Shown: in pieces, positions 46,838 to 57,128 of the stretch | How the letters are laid out: each line of letters starts with the position of its first letter | Numbering within the stretch: position 1 is the stretch's first letter | IMG/VR virus record: IMGVR_UViG_3300021167_000382 | Coordinates: 64,001-128,000 of that record | Source of the DNA: a virus | Taxonomy: Duplodnaviria; Caudoviricetes | Direction: 5' to 3' (one strand) | DNA length: 64,000 nt | The notes under the pieces: generated by a model | Told to the model about the DNA's origin: nothing | Seen by the model: the letters and a program-made list of their open reading frames with translations, nothing else | The model's database searches: none | Translations under genes and position numbers: made by a program

Positions 46838-49800
46838 TTGATGGCCAAGAAAGATCTCAGTACGACAGAATGGCGACCGGACGACGATCTTGATTTTAAC
46901 TTCGGTGATGAAATTGGAACAGGGATGTCCCAGGAATCGAAGAAAGATCGATCTGCAGTTACCTCTGTGGTACACGGGCTCGGAGAAGGACTGAAGTCCA
47001 AAGCCGTTGACCCTTCTCTTTATAAACGAATTCTAAGAAACACACTCCCTCGTCACTACGGTGAAATCGCCGATGCTGCTGGCGATGTCACAGGGGGTCT
47101 GTATGAACTATACGATCAGACTCAGAAGGAAGTAAAACCTCGACTGAACCGATTGACGAAGTCCCTAGATAAGTTTATTCCTGAGGAATCAAAAACCCTC
47201 AAGAAGATCATGGGGAAGATCGTTGATTTGACTGGCGGTCATGGTTCTGAGATAAGTTCTCCAGATACTTCTGCTCAAGAAGATCAGAGTGTTAACATGA
47301 TGCTGGGTGAGATTTTCAAAGCTCAGCATTCCGCAAGTAAGATTGGTGAAACTCGCGCAATCATGCGCGATGCCATTGATTCGAAGCGGTACAAGGGGAA
47401 TATGGATATCTCACTGCGTATGCAGCGTGATATTTCAGTACTTCAGCAGTACACCACGAATGTAACTCAGGCTTTTCAGAAGAAGTCTTTGGAACTCCAA
47501 CTCCGGACTTATCTTGGTCAGCGTGCTTACTATACTAAGTCTCTGGAATACATGGAGATTTTCCGTAAGCAGAATGAAGCCATCGTTAAGAACAGCTCAC
47601 TTCCTGACGCGGTGAAGATCACTGAAGCCGAGCGTCTTAAGACGATCGGTAAAGAGAAGTTAATGGGTAGTCTTTACGGTGACGGTTCGGTCTGGAAGAA
47701 AGGACTGACGCGTCTCAAGAAGTCTGCGGGTGACTATGTCCAAGGCATAGGCATGCGGATGGATATGGCTGAAATGGGCATTGACATGGCCCACATGGGC
47801 ATGGAGCAGATGAAGGAAATGAACGCGATGCTCGCGGACATGGGTCTTCCTCCAATGACTAAAGCTCAGATGGCAGGTGCTGCGGCGGCAGGATGGGTGG
47901 TTGATGAAGCGGCCGACTGGGCATCCCCTAAGCTAAAAGCAGCAATTGAAAAACACCCGGAGATCAGTGAGAAACTCGCTCGATACGCACGCTTCGCATT
48001 GAACCCTGGAAGCAAGATCAAGAAGCTTCGTAACAGCGATGAGTGGAAAGCTAAGGCTGAGTCACATGACCTCGAAGGAAAGATGTATAAGTTCTTTGAT
48101 TTCATCCTGGAACACTTTGAGGATAGAGCCGAGGGATCGAGCTATGTCACTGGCAATACGAATGACGAACTTGCTGAAGGTAAAGGTTTCGATAAGCGCG
48201 CGTATGCGTCACTGACAACCGTTATTCCAGGTTATCTGTCGATGATCCATCGTGAGATGTCGTCACTACGGTCAGGAACTGATCAGCCTTATCTCAGATA
48301 CGACCATCAATCTGGTCGATTCAGAACTGATAAAGCATTACAGATTCAGTCGGTGAATAAACTGAAGGACGTTGCTCGTTCCTCAGGCTATGCAGGCCAT
48401 GTTAATATGGCTAGCGAAACATTGACGAAGGATCGAGACGCAAGCGCTACTGAGAAAAACACACTGAATACCTTCCTGTCGAAATTGAGTCGAGTTAGTA
48501 ATCTCGACTATTCACTTGAGGATATTCGAAAAACTGACCTTTATCAAAACCTATCTTCTTCTGACCAGGATACAGTTGATCGTTTCTTCGGTTTTATGGA
48601 AGAAGCGCCTGATAAAGAAGTTCGCAAGGCGGACTTCACCAAGTCTATGATGGATATTCGGAAATCTACACCCGACTATCAACGCGCCATCGCTGACATC
48701 GTTCGCTCTGGACACGGTGACCTCTTGATGAAAGAAGGTATTCTAAAACGTTCGGATGATGGATTCACTGCTGATCCGGACGACCTTCATCGTTTCACTG
48801 AAGAACACGCGAGAACCGTGGGTTCTGATATGAACATTAAAGAAGGTATCAAAGCTACTACACCTGCCGGCCTTCTGAAGTCTCTTGGTAAACATGCCTA
48901 TGAAGGCATGCAGAAAACCAAGCTCTATAACTGGATGTATAAGAAAGGCGCTGGTGATCGTAAGCCACATTCAGGTCCGATGGCTCAAGATGTCCAGAAG
49001 AATCTTGGAGAAGAAGCTGCACCTGGTGGTAAGGAGATTGATCTCCAAACTATGAATGGGACATTCTTTGCTTCTATCCAGTATCTAGGAGGTCGTATCG
49101 AAAACCTCTTTAAAGGAAAGAAGAGCGAGGTAGGTGACGAAACCTCAGACAGCACTTTAAAGAACATCGATCTTAATGTAGCACGGATTGCTGCAATGAC
49201 TGCTGCCTCCAGTGGCGGTATGGGCGGCGGTACAGGTTACCGAGAAGGTTTCAGTCTCGACTACTTTCTAGATAAAGGAATTGCTGGCGCTAAGTCCATG
49301 GGTTCCTCCGTTAAAGAAGGTGCGACGATCGCATCTAATAAAATCGCTGAACTTTGGAGCGATAATAAAGACAAATTGAAAGAGAAAGCTATTTGGCTTT
49401 TTAACAAAGGCAGCGATCTCGCTGGAACCATCTTTGATGCTGGTAGTAACTTCATGAAGAACACCGTTCCTGACTGGATGAATAGAGCTAAAGATTTTGG
49501 AAACAAGGTACTGAGTACTATTGGTGAGCAGTTCATGGTTTTCCAAGATCTCTATCTTCCTGATGGTGCTGAACCTGTCATTCGTGCTGCTAAATTGAAA
49601 GCAGGTGAGTACTATGACCAAGCGACCGGTAAAGTACTGACTACGATGGATGAGGTCTTAAAAGTCAAAGGTGACATTGTTGATAAAGCAGGGAATGTTA
49701 TTCTCTCTGCACAAGAACGCTCACGTGGTCTGGTAGACAAGTATGGTGAGAAGGTGCGCACTGTTGCCGGAACAGCTGCAGCATTTGTCATCAGCGGCGT

Positions 49801-52800
49801 TAAAAAGATCGGCGGTAGTTTAATGAAAGCTGGCGGTCAACTAACTGAGATGGTTGCCGGTGGATTTAGTAAGGTTAAGGAATGGTGGGACAACTCACCT
49901 GAATTCAAGTTCCCTGACCTTGGTGCTGCTTTTATCGGTAAGAAGCATCTTGCCGAATTGATCAATATTCGTGACATCCTTCTTGGTGATGTCAAGAATG
50001 TTCGTAAACGGATTAAGAAGTCTTCTATCGGTAAAGGTGGTGGTGGGTCTGCCACTGATGGAAATGATACAGGCATTGGTGGCGTAGGCGGCGCATTTAG
50101 CTCTTTGAAAGAGAAAGCGGCTGACATTCAAGCACGCTACGCTAAACCAGGTTCTCCGTTGGCTAATCTTCTAGATAGAGCCAAAGGTTACGGTGGTAAG
50201 GCTGCCGCAATGGCGACCGTCGCAACGCGTGGTGCAGACTTCACCGGTCCAATGACCCGTGACGAGATGGAAGCTGCCGCTATGCTAGAGGCTAAGAAAG
50301 CTCAGGTCGGTGGACGGTTTGCTAACATAAAGGACTATGCTCAGAAACTTCTGGGTAGAAAGGGACCTGATGAAAGTTTCGTTGGTCCGATGCAGCAAAG
50401 TAAATGGGGTCGACTGAAAGGTAAAGCTTTAGGTGGCTTATCTGCAGGGAAATCTCGACTAGGTGGATTGATGACAATGGCCTCCGGACTTCTTTCCGGC
50501 GACCAGAACAATCCTTCTCCAGGCGCACTCACGGATGGGTCAGATGGTCAAACCGATCAGCAAAAAGAGGCGGCTGCGCATGATGCATCTGCACCAGCAG
50601 TCGTTCGTCGTAAACGGGGTACTGTGGCACAGAAGGATCGTGCCAAGGGGGATGACGATGGCGACGGTGTTAAGGACAGCAGCGTTGAAGCTCAGCGAAA
50701 TAAGGTTGAGGCTCTCCGTGCTGAACGAGATAAGAAGACCTTAGCTGCGGACACCAGTTCAAAGTATAAGACTTCTGAAAACGTACTTGATACGATCGCA
50801 AAGAAAGCCTCGGATCTCATTGGAACATTGTCATCTGGTCTAGGCTCTGTCTTCAGTTTAGCCGGTATGCTTTTCTCTGGTGGAAAAGGTCTTGTAAAAG
50901 GCATCACAGGTGCATTTGGTGCTCTAGGTAAAGGCGCTGCTGCGTTAGGTAGCGCTACTGGTGGCCCTGGCGCAGGATTTGCCAAAGTTGCACGTGGTGC
51001 ATGGCTTGGTCTTCGTGCATATGGTACAGCGGCTGCATTGTCAACGACAGCGGCTGGTGCGGGTATTGCAGGTTTTGCGGGCTTAGCAGTCTCAGCTGCT
51101 AGCGCAGTTGCTGGAACAGTGCTTTCTGCAATAACAGCGCCTATTATAGGTATTCCGTTACTAGTCGCAGCTTCGGCCTATGGGCTTTATAAACTTTATA
51201 AATACGCCAACCGTGATAATGCCTCTGAGATGGAACGTCTCCGTCTTCGCCAGTACGGTTTTGGTTACAATTCTGCAGTCGATCGATACAACCACCATGT
51301 TTACTTACTGGAAGAGTATCTTCAGGATAACAGAATCTCGTATGATTCAAACGGCTATCCGTCAATTCTGAATAAGAAAGTCAATATCAAAGAACTATTG
51401 TCAATCTTTGAAATCGATGAAAAAGATTCCGAAGGTGCGGATCGATTTAATGCTTGGTTTAGGAATCGTTTCAAACCTGTATTCTTCGCACATCTAGCAG
51501 CACTGATGAAGGTGAATAAGAAGAAAACACTGCAACAAGTTAATGACTTGTCTCCTGAACAAAAGCTTACCTATCTTGAACAGTCTAAACTCAAGAACGG
51601 GCCTTATGACTACGACACATCGCCACTAGGTGAGAAACTCGCTATGGATGTCAATAGCGATGAAGTCATGACGAGCTACGATAACTTGATTCTGAAGGTC
51701 ACTGCAGAAATCAGGAAGACTGCTAAGAAACATGCAGGTATCAGTAAACCTGTTGAAGAAGTCGATACGAAGTTACCTAATAAAACAGGTAACGATGGAC
51801 AAAAGGTTGCAGGACTGAAAGCTGGTCAAGAGAACGCTAAAGCAAACCAAAATATCGTTGGTGAAGATGCCTTAGGTGAGGGAGATGGCGCTGCGCCAAA
51901 ACCCGATGCTTCTTCAAAACAAGGTAGCGGTGCACCGGGTAGTATTAACATGGCCGGTGGTCCACTGCTAAGTGGTGAGAACGGTATGCAGTTTGTTAAC
52001 CTGAAGTCAGGTAGCCGACTGGATGGACTCTCACCCGCTATGTTACGTCAATTCCTTGCCATGGCTGAGGAATATGGAAAACTTACAGGTAAAGCGATCC
52101 CTGTTGAATCAGGGTTCCGTAGTTTCGAACAGCAGAAAGCACTCTGGCAGCGCGATCCGAGTAAGGCTGCTCGACCGGGACGCTCTCTCCATGAATACGG
52201 TCTTGCGCTCGACATCAGTTCTAAGGTTGCTAATGAACTCGATCAACTAGGCCTGATGAAGAAATATGGATTCACTCGCCCTGTAGGCGGTGAGCCATGG
52301 CACGTTGAGCCGGCAGGTATTCAGAAATCAATCGACCTCGCTAAGAATAATGCTGCAGAGCGGGAGCGGATGATTGAAGTTTCTACTGGACGTGGCGGTG
52401 GCGGGTTCGGAGCATTGAACGGTTCTCCGACGGGTAAGCGAAACCATGAGCTTGCTATGCGACTTCTAGATGTTCCATCTAAACTGGTCGATAACAAATC
52501 TGAAGAGTCCAAGGATGTTGCTAAATCCTTCACGGACAAACAAATTGCTAAAGAAGAAAGTAAACCTACAACAGTTTCTCCTTCTAGCATTAAAAATGCT
52601 TCGAATGATACCTCTTATTCGAAGACAGCTTCTCTTCCCACGACGAAGATGGCGGATTACAATTCACAACTGAATCAGTCGACTGTTGCACCGGATGCTG
52701 AGTCAGGTAAGGTTGAAGGTGGGTCAGATTCTCCCGGTAGTTCGTCTGGTATTAGTCAGATCATCGAAGATGCCGCTCGTAAGACCGGTATGGACCCTGG

Positions 52801-53728
52801 CCTCTTAAAAACATTTGCAGCGGTCGAGTCTAGTATGGACCCTTCTGCTCGGTCAAAGAACAGTTCTGCCATGGGACTGATGCAATTCATGCCAGATACC
52901 TGGAAAGAAACTTTAGCCAAGTATGGCGGTAAATACGGCCTCGCAGCAAACACGTCACCTTTCGATGCCGCTGCATCAGCACTCATGGGTGCTGAGTATA
53001 TTAAGAGCAATCAACGTATTCTAGCTGGCGTAAAGCCTAATATGAATGCGGCTGATATGTACCTAACGCATCTACTAGGTGCCGGCGGCGCTCGTAAATT
53101 CTTCCAGGCTGATCCTAACCAGTTGTCAGATGCGGTTCTTGGAGATCAAGCCAGGTCAAATCCTGAACTCTTCTTCGCTAATGGAAAACCATTAACGATT
53201 GCTCAAGCTTATGAGCGAATTAAACAGCGGATTAAAGCAAAGGCTGATGCTTTTGGTCTGAAAGCTAATCTCTCTGGTCCAGGATTGAAACCGCCGACTA
53301 CTGGTGAAACTGGTCAAGGTGTAAAACTACCTAGCTCAGGTGGCGTTGATCCTAAGGTTTCTGGCCCTGAACCTACCGGAACACCTGAAGTTAAGACCAA
53401 GAGAGGTTTTAATTTTGACGGTACATCAGCTGGTTATGTCTCTCAGCCTAATCAGTCTGGGCAGCGAAACGATTCGCCTTCTAGTAAGGTTGAAGCATTA
53501 ATGGAGAAATCCAATGACACGGCGGCGGAATCTTTGAAGGCACTTCAGAGTATTGTCTCGTCGCTTTCAGAGGAACGTTTGACTAAGGTTCTTGCAGCGG
53601 TAATGGCAGTTCTACCGAAACAAGAGTCCAAGGAAGAAGCAGTTAAGATCAAGGACAAAGAAAACATGAACCGCACAGCAACCGCGAACGGTTCATCGCT
53701 TGATCTGAAACGTCGTACCTCTGCGTAA
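46838..53728 (+). CDS. Large tail-associated peptidoglycan hydrolase / tape-measure-like protein (phiKZ gp181-like) with internal S74-like chaperone, M15 peptidase and lytic transglycosylase domains
   Basis: 2296 aa; SLT motifs VESS and AMGLMQFMPDTW; M15 motifs SGFRS, SLHEYGLALDI and EPWHVE; Gly/Ala-rich hydrophobic stretch at ~50800-51200. Confidence 0.85.
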   Translation: MMAKKDLSTTEWRPDDDLDFNFGDEIGTGMSQESKKDRSAVTSVVHGLGEGLKSKAVDPSLYKRILRNTLPRHYGEIADAAGDVTGGLYELYDQTQKEVKPRLNRLTKSLDKFIPEESKTLKKIMGKIVDLTGGHGSEISSPDTSAQEDQSVNMMLGEIFKAQHSASKIGETRAIMRDAIDSKRYKGNMDISLRMQRDISVLQQYTTNVTQAFQKKSLELQLRTYLGQRAYYTKSLEYMEIFRKQNEAIVKNSSLPDAVKITEAERLKTIGKEKLMGSLYGDGSVWKKGLTRLKKSAGDYVQGIGMRMDMAEMGIDMAHMGMEQMKEMNAMLADMGLPPMTKAQMAGAAAAGWVVDEAADWASPKLKAAIEKHPEISEKLARYARFALNPGSKIKKLRNSDEWKAKAESHDLEGKMYKFFDFILEHFEDRAEGSSYVTGNTNDELAEGKGFDKRAYASLTTVIPGYLSMIHREMSSLRSGTDQPYLRYDHQSGRFRTDKALQIQSVNKLKDVARSSGYAGHVNMASETLTKDRDASATEKNTLNTFLSKLSRVSNLDYSLEDIRKTDLYQNLSSSDQDTVDRFFGFMEEAPDKEVRKADFTKSMMDIRKSTPDYQRAIADIVRSGHGDLLMKEGILKRSDDGFTADPDDLHRFTEEHARTVGSDMNIKEGIKATTPAGLLKSLGKHAYEGMQKTKLYNWMYKKGAGDRKPHSGPMAQDVQKNLGEEAAPGGKEIDLQTMNGTFFASIQYLGGRIENLFKGKKSEVGDETSDSTLKNIDLNVARIAAMTAASSGGMGGGTGYREGFSLDYFLDKGIAGAKSMGSSVKEGATIASNKIAELWSDNKDKLKEKAIWLFNKGSDLAGTIFDAGSNFMKNTVPDWMNRAKDFGNKVLSTIGEQFMVFQDLYLPDGAEPVIRAAKLKAGEYYDQATGKVLTTMDEVLKVKGDIVDKAGNVILSAQERSRGLVDKYGEKVRTVAGTAAAFVISGVKKIGGSLMKAGGQLTEMVAGGFSKVKEWWDNSPEFKFPDLGAAFIGKKHLAELINIRDILLGDVKNVRKRIKKSSIGKGGGGSATDGNDTGIGGVGGAFSSLKEKAADIQARYAKPGSPLANLLDRAKGYGGKAAAMATVATRGADFTGPMTRDEMEAAAMLEAKKAQVGGRFANIKDYAQKLLGRKGPDESFVGPMQQSKWGRLKGKALGGLSAGKSRLGGLMTMASGLLSGDQNNPSPGALTDGSDGQTDQQKEAAAHDASAPAVVRRKRGTVAQKDRAKGDDDGDGVKDSSVEAQRNKVEALRAERDKKTLAADTSSKYKTSENVLDTIAKKASDLIGTLSSGLGSVFSLAGMLFSGGKGLVKGITGAFGALGKGAAALGSATGGPGAGFAKVARGAWLGLRAYGTAAALSTTAAGAGIAGFAGLAVSAASAVAGTVLSAITAPIIGIPLLVAASAYGLYKLYKYANRDNASEMERLRLRQYGFGYNSAVDRYNHHVYLLEEYLQDNRISYDSNGYPSILNKKVNIKELLSIFEIDEKDSEGADRFNAWFRNRFKPVFFAHLAALMKVNKKKTLQQVNDLSPEQKLTYLEQSKLKNGPYDYDTSPLGEKLAMDVNSDEVMTSYDNLILKVTAEIRKTAKKHAGISKPVEEVDTKLPNKTGNDGQKVAGLKAGQENAKANQNIVGEDALGEGDGAAPKPDASSKQGSGAPGSINMAGGPLLSGENGMQFVNLKSGSRLDGLSPAMLRQFLAMAEEYGKLTGKAIPVESGFRSFEQQKALWQRDPSKAARPGRSLHEYGLALDISSKVANELDQLGLMKKYGFTRPVGGEPWHVEPAGIQKSIDLAKNNAAERERMIEVSTGRGGGGFGALNGSPTGKRNHELAMRLLDVPSKLVDNKSEESKDVAKSFTDKQIAKEESKPTTVSPSSIKNASNDTSYSKTASLPTTKMADYNSQLNQSTVAPDAESGKVEGGSDSPGSSSGISQIIEDAARKTGMDPGLLKTFAAVESSMDPSARSKNSSAMGLMQFMPDTWKETLAKYGGKYGLAANTSPFDAAASALMGAEYIKSNQRILAGVKPNMNAADMYLTHLLGAGGARKFFQADPNQLSDAVLGDQARSNPELFFANGKPLTIAQAYERIKQRIKAKADAFGLKANLSGPGLKPPTTGETGQGVKLPSSGGVDPKVSGPEPTGTPEVKTKRGFNFDGTSAGYVSQPNQSGQRNDSPSSKVEALMEKSNDTAAESLKALQSIVSSLSEERLTKVLAAVMAVLPKQESKEEAVKIKDKENMNRTATANGSSLDLKRRTSA

Positions 53729-53733
53729 TAATG

Positions 53734-53765
53734 GAAGAGAGGGTGGTATCAACCACCCTCTCTTC
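53734..53765 (+). terminator. Hairpin
   Basis: GAAGAGAGGGTGGT-ATCA-ACCACCCTCTCTTC. Confidence 0.68.
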
Positions 53766-53788
53766 TAAGAATATTAAGGAGCATAGCT

Positions 53789-55900
53789 GTGCAAAGTGAA
53801 GTCTTATCTAAACAACTTGAAATGGATGGCGTCCCTATCGCTATTCCTGCGCAAGAACGTTCCGCTTCAGAAATCTTTGACCGAAACTGGTTAAAGTTAG
53901 CATTCATGGTGCCAGATAACGATATTGAAATCGACACTGATGTGTTGAATCGTTACTACTGTTCAGCTAGTGCGAAGTTTACAGATACTCGTGTTGGATG
54001 TAATATCGGTATCAACACAAAACCTCAATGGACACGGTACTGTGACATTCGTGTAAAAGGACGCTTGGAAGGTCGCCAGGATGTCACTGTTGGGGCGGTT
54101 TCTGGTAACTTTGGTATGGGGTCAGCTTACAGTGAGAATCTTGATGATCCTGCGCAAAAGATCTTTATGCGTTTCGGGGTTCCGCAGTTTAACTCGCTGT
54201 CAAGTTTTCTATTGAAAGCCTTCAACCGAGAACAAACGATTATTGCACGGACAGGTCGAGCACCTAGTGCATGGTATAAACTAGGAAATTGGACAGGTAG
54301 TGCGATGATGATGATCGCTTTCCCTGCGCTTTCCATTACAGTGGCTACCGCAAAAACCATTAGCTGGTTAGTGAGTCGTCCCACTAGTAAATTCTTCACC
54401 TTGAAACCAACCATGTTCATGTATTGGAACACGGTAAATAACTTAGTGATTAACCATTCCGTAAATGTGGGATTGATTAAGAAGGTGCTTGCGGATTCCG
54501 ATTCACAGGACACCCAGCGACTTGGTCAAACTTACACGTTGGATAAAGATCAGATTTCTATGTTAGGTCAATTGTATCCTGACATCTTTAGAAACGGAAC
54601 GATTGACATCATTTCACTAGCGAGTCGTGCACAACGATTGGCAAATATCCAATTTCAGAATGACTACGATGCACTGGGTAAGGATTCGGCGTCAGACTTC
54701 GAAGGCTACCTACGGCGTGAATATACAACAGACGGTACACATGGTAGCTATATCTCCGATTCAAGCGGTGATAGCACGCTGTCGTCCTATTTGAATAAGA
54801 TTCTCATGGGAAGTCGCTATATCACCGCTGAGAAAGGCGAGGACTTCATTCAAGAATCCGACCCCAGAGTAGGTATTCCGAATGAAGCAGGTGAAGCATC
54901 TCCATTGAAGGACCACGTCGATGCCATGGTCAAGGTCATGGATGCTGAATTCCGTCACGGTGCTGAATTCGCCGTGTTCCGAGTTGAACACACAGGCACA
55001 ATGCAAGAGTCCTTTGGAAATTCTCTAATTGAATCGGACCTATCCCAGAAGTTAAATGGGATCTCTTCCCAAACAGCTGAAGCTCGTTTTAGCTTTGCAG
55101 ATGGTAATCTGATCGGCGGCGCTATCGGTAGTATCGTTGGAGCGGTGAAGGACATCGGTCTAGGTGCGCTAGATGCTGCCACATTCGGCTTTGCTGGTCT
55201 CGCTGCAGGTCTAGGTGGTTCAGGGTACATCGACATTCCGAAACACTGGCAGAGCGCGAATGCATCCCTTCCACGAGGAAGTTATAAGATCAAACTGATC
55301 TCTCCTTACAATAACCCCGTTTCAAGACTGATGAATATATTCATCCCTCTTTACATGCTCATGGCTGGCGGCCTGCCACGGTCTATCGGTAAGCAGTCTT
55401 ATACGTCGCCATTCTACTGTCAAATTTATGATCGAGGTCGTCTTCAGTCTAGACTTGCGATGATTGAATCGATCTCAATCAGTCGTGGTACATCTAACCT
55501 ACAGTACGATCTATCAGGTAACGCACTGGCGATCGATGTTTCATTTAATGTGGTTGATCTTTCTTCTATCATGCATATGCCTGTGTCTGCAGGTAATGTG
55601 GGTGAAGTAGACACCACGATGGATGACGATAACATTGCTCAGGACTACTTGGCTGTATTAGCAGGTATGGATATCTACAGTCAGATTTATGCGATTCCTC
55701 GAGCTCAGTTGAAAGCCACGAAGGAACTCGCTAAATTGCAATACAAAGCAACCTCACCAGCGTTTCACGCTGCGCTTTTTAGACATTCCATCTCAGATGG
55801 ATTTATCAACGACATCACCCTCGGTGCTTCAGGTGCTTTGACTGAGTTAGTCGAAGCTGGTGTTCGTGGTAGCTCACTTCTCGAAGGTAATCGGACGTAA
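53789..55900 (+). CDS. Tail/baseplate structural protein, phiKZ gp182-like
   Basis: 703 aa; MRFGVPQFNSL and IDIPKHWQS; follows the gp181-like gene. Confidence 0.75.
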   Translation: MQSEVLSKQLEMDGVPIAIPAQERSASEIFDRNWLKLAFMVPDNDIEIDTDVLNRYYCSASAKFTDTRVGCNIGINTKPQWTRYCDIRVKGRLEGRQDVTVGAVSGNFGMGSAYSENLDDPAQKIFMRFGVPQFNSLSSFLLKAFNREQTIIARTGRAPSAWYKLGNWTGSAMMMIAFPALSITVATAKTISWLVSRPTSKFFTLKPTMFMYWNTVNNLVINHSVNVGLIKKVLADSDSQDTQRLGQTYTLDKDQISMLGQLYPDIFRNGTIDIISLASRAQRLANIQFQNDYDALGKDSASDFEGYLRREYTTDGTHGSYISDSSGDSTLSSYLNKILMGSRYITAEKGEDFIQESDPRVGIPNEAGEASPLKDHVDAMVKVMDAEFRHGAEFAVFRVEHTGTMQESFGNSLIESDLSQKLNGISSQTAEARFSFADGNLIGGAIGSIVGAVKDIGLGALDAATFGFAGLAAGLGGSGYIDIPKHWQSANASLPRGSYKIKLISPYNNPVSRLMNIFIPLYMLMAGGLPRSIGKQSYTSPFYCQIYDRGRLQSRLAMIESISISRGTSNLQYDLSGNALAIDVSFNVVDLSSIMHMPVSAGNVGEVDTTMDDDNIAQDYLAVLAGMDIYSQIYAIPRAQLKATKELAKLQYKATSPAFHAALFRHSISDGFINDITLGASGALTELVEAGVRGSSLLEGNRT

Positions 55901-55930
55901 ACACGAGGAGGGCAGTCGCCCTCCTCGTGT
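55901..55930. terminator. Bidirectional terminator
   Basis: ACACGAGGAGGGC-AGTC-GCCCTCCTCGTGT between convergent genes. Confidence 0.8.
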
Positions 55931-55938
55931 CATCAGTA

Positions 55939-57030
55939 TCAGAAGAAATCGAATTCTTCAGAAGCTACTACGGCTGCGCTTAGAAAACTATCGTCAGAAT
56001 CAGGAATGGCATCAAGATCATTCTGACCAAAGGAACGATCCGTTAACCAGACATCACTCAAGCTAGAATAATCACTCGAGATACCGTTCAGATGTCCCAT
56101 GGAAAGCATACCTTCTTCATTATGCATCCAGTCTTCATCGTATAACTCCTGACCTCCTCGAAGCTGTCGCATGAGTTCAACTTGATCGATCTCTCCGACT
56201 CCTTCAGGAATTTCAAGATTACCAAGTAGTTCATCGAGAGATGCCGGATTCGTTAAAGCAGGATTGAGGCCAGTTGAATCTTTAGCCACGTCGATCCAAC
56301 CTCGAACATTTCCGCCAGCACCCATAATGCCTAATAGATTGCCAGCCGCTTTACCATATTCAAGGTTGGTCAATCCAAGTGCATCGAATACCTTGGAAGA
56401 ATAGAGACCACTGAAGACGCCGCAAAGTCCAAGCTTATAGCCATAGCCAGACAATGCCATTAGTGAACGAAGACCTGATGTGATGTCTCGGAAACCTGTA
56501 TTGTACGCACCGCCGGTTAACTTATTCAGAAGGTCCGTGTACCCTGCACTATTACACCCAGAGCTAGTACCATATCGTCCAAGTGATGCCTTACCACCCG
56601 AACAACTGGCCGAGAGATCATAAGGTCTACCGCCAAAGCCGTATGAACTACCACGACCACAGCGTCGCATCATATCCATTGCCGACTTAGCGACTGCAGT
56701 ACTGCCACCAGTATTCGAAGTAAACGACTTAACAAGCTCATTTACCAGATTCTCAGGTGCACCTTTGTAGTCAGTTAACTTGCCAGCGATCGATTTGATA
56801 TCGCGGCTATATTCTTCGAAAGAGTCTTTAGCCGAAGAATAGATATTTTTAGCGAGACTTGCTTCTTCCGGAAAACTCGTCCGAATAAGATTTTCAGCAT
56901 CCTCACCAACGGTCTTGAATTCATTAATTGCAGAGTTGATAATGTCATCTAACTTACCTGCACCAAAGGTAGAACTGGCAAGATTCGTATCCTGAGTCAG
57001 AAACTGAAAACGTTTAGCTGCGATAGCCAT
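55939..57030 (-). CDS. Hypothetical protein, probably virion-associated
   Basis: 363 aa, GAGGT RBS. Confidence 0.6.
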   Translation of the reverse strand: MAIAAKRFQFLTQDTNLASSTFGAGKLDDIINSAINEFKTVGEDAENLIRTSFPEEASLAKNIYSSAKDSFEEYSRDIKSIAGKLTDYKGAPENLVNELVKSFTSNTGGSTAVAKSAMDMMRRCGRGSSYGFGGRPYDLSASCSGGKASLGRYGTSSGCNSAGYTDLLNKLTGGAYNTGFRDITSGLRSLMALSGYGYKLGLCGVFSGLYSSKVFDALGLTNLEYGKAAGNLLGIMGAGGNVRGWIDVAKDSTGLNPALTNPASLDELLGNLEIPEGVGEIDQVELMRQLRGGQELYDEDWMHNEEGMLSMGHLNGISSDYSSLSDVWLTDRSFGQNDLDAIPDSDDSFLSAAVVASEEFDFF

Positions 57031-57086
57031 GGAACACCTCTTTTTTAAATCGTAGTCATCGGATCAAAAAAGAATTCAAAAAAAGA

Positions 57087-57119
57087 ACTATGGAGACGGG
57101 GTAACCCCGTCTCCATAGT
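57087..57119 (-). terminator. Intrinsic terminator
   Basis: 15-bp stem with a minus-strand U-tract. Confidence 0.82.
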
Positions 57120-57128
57120 CGTATCGAT

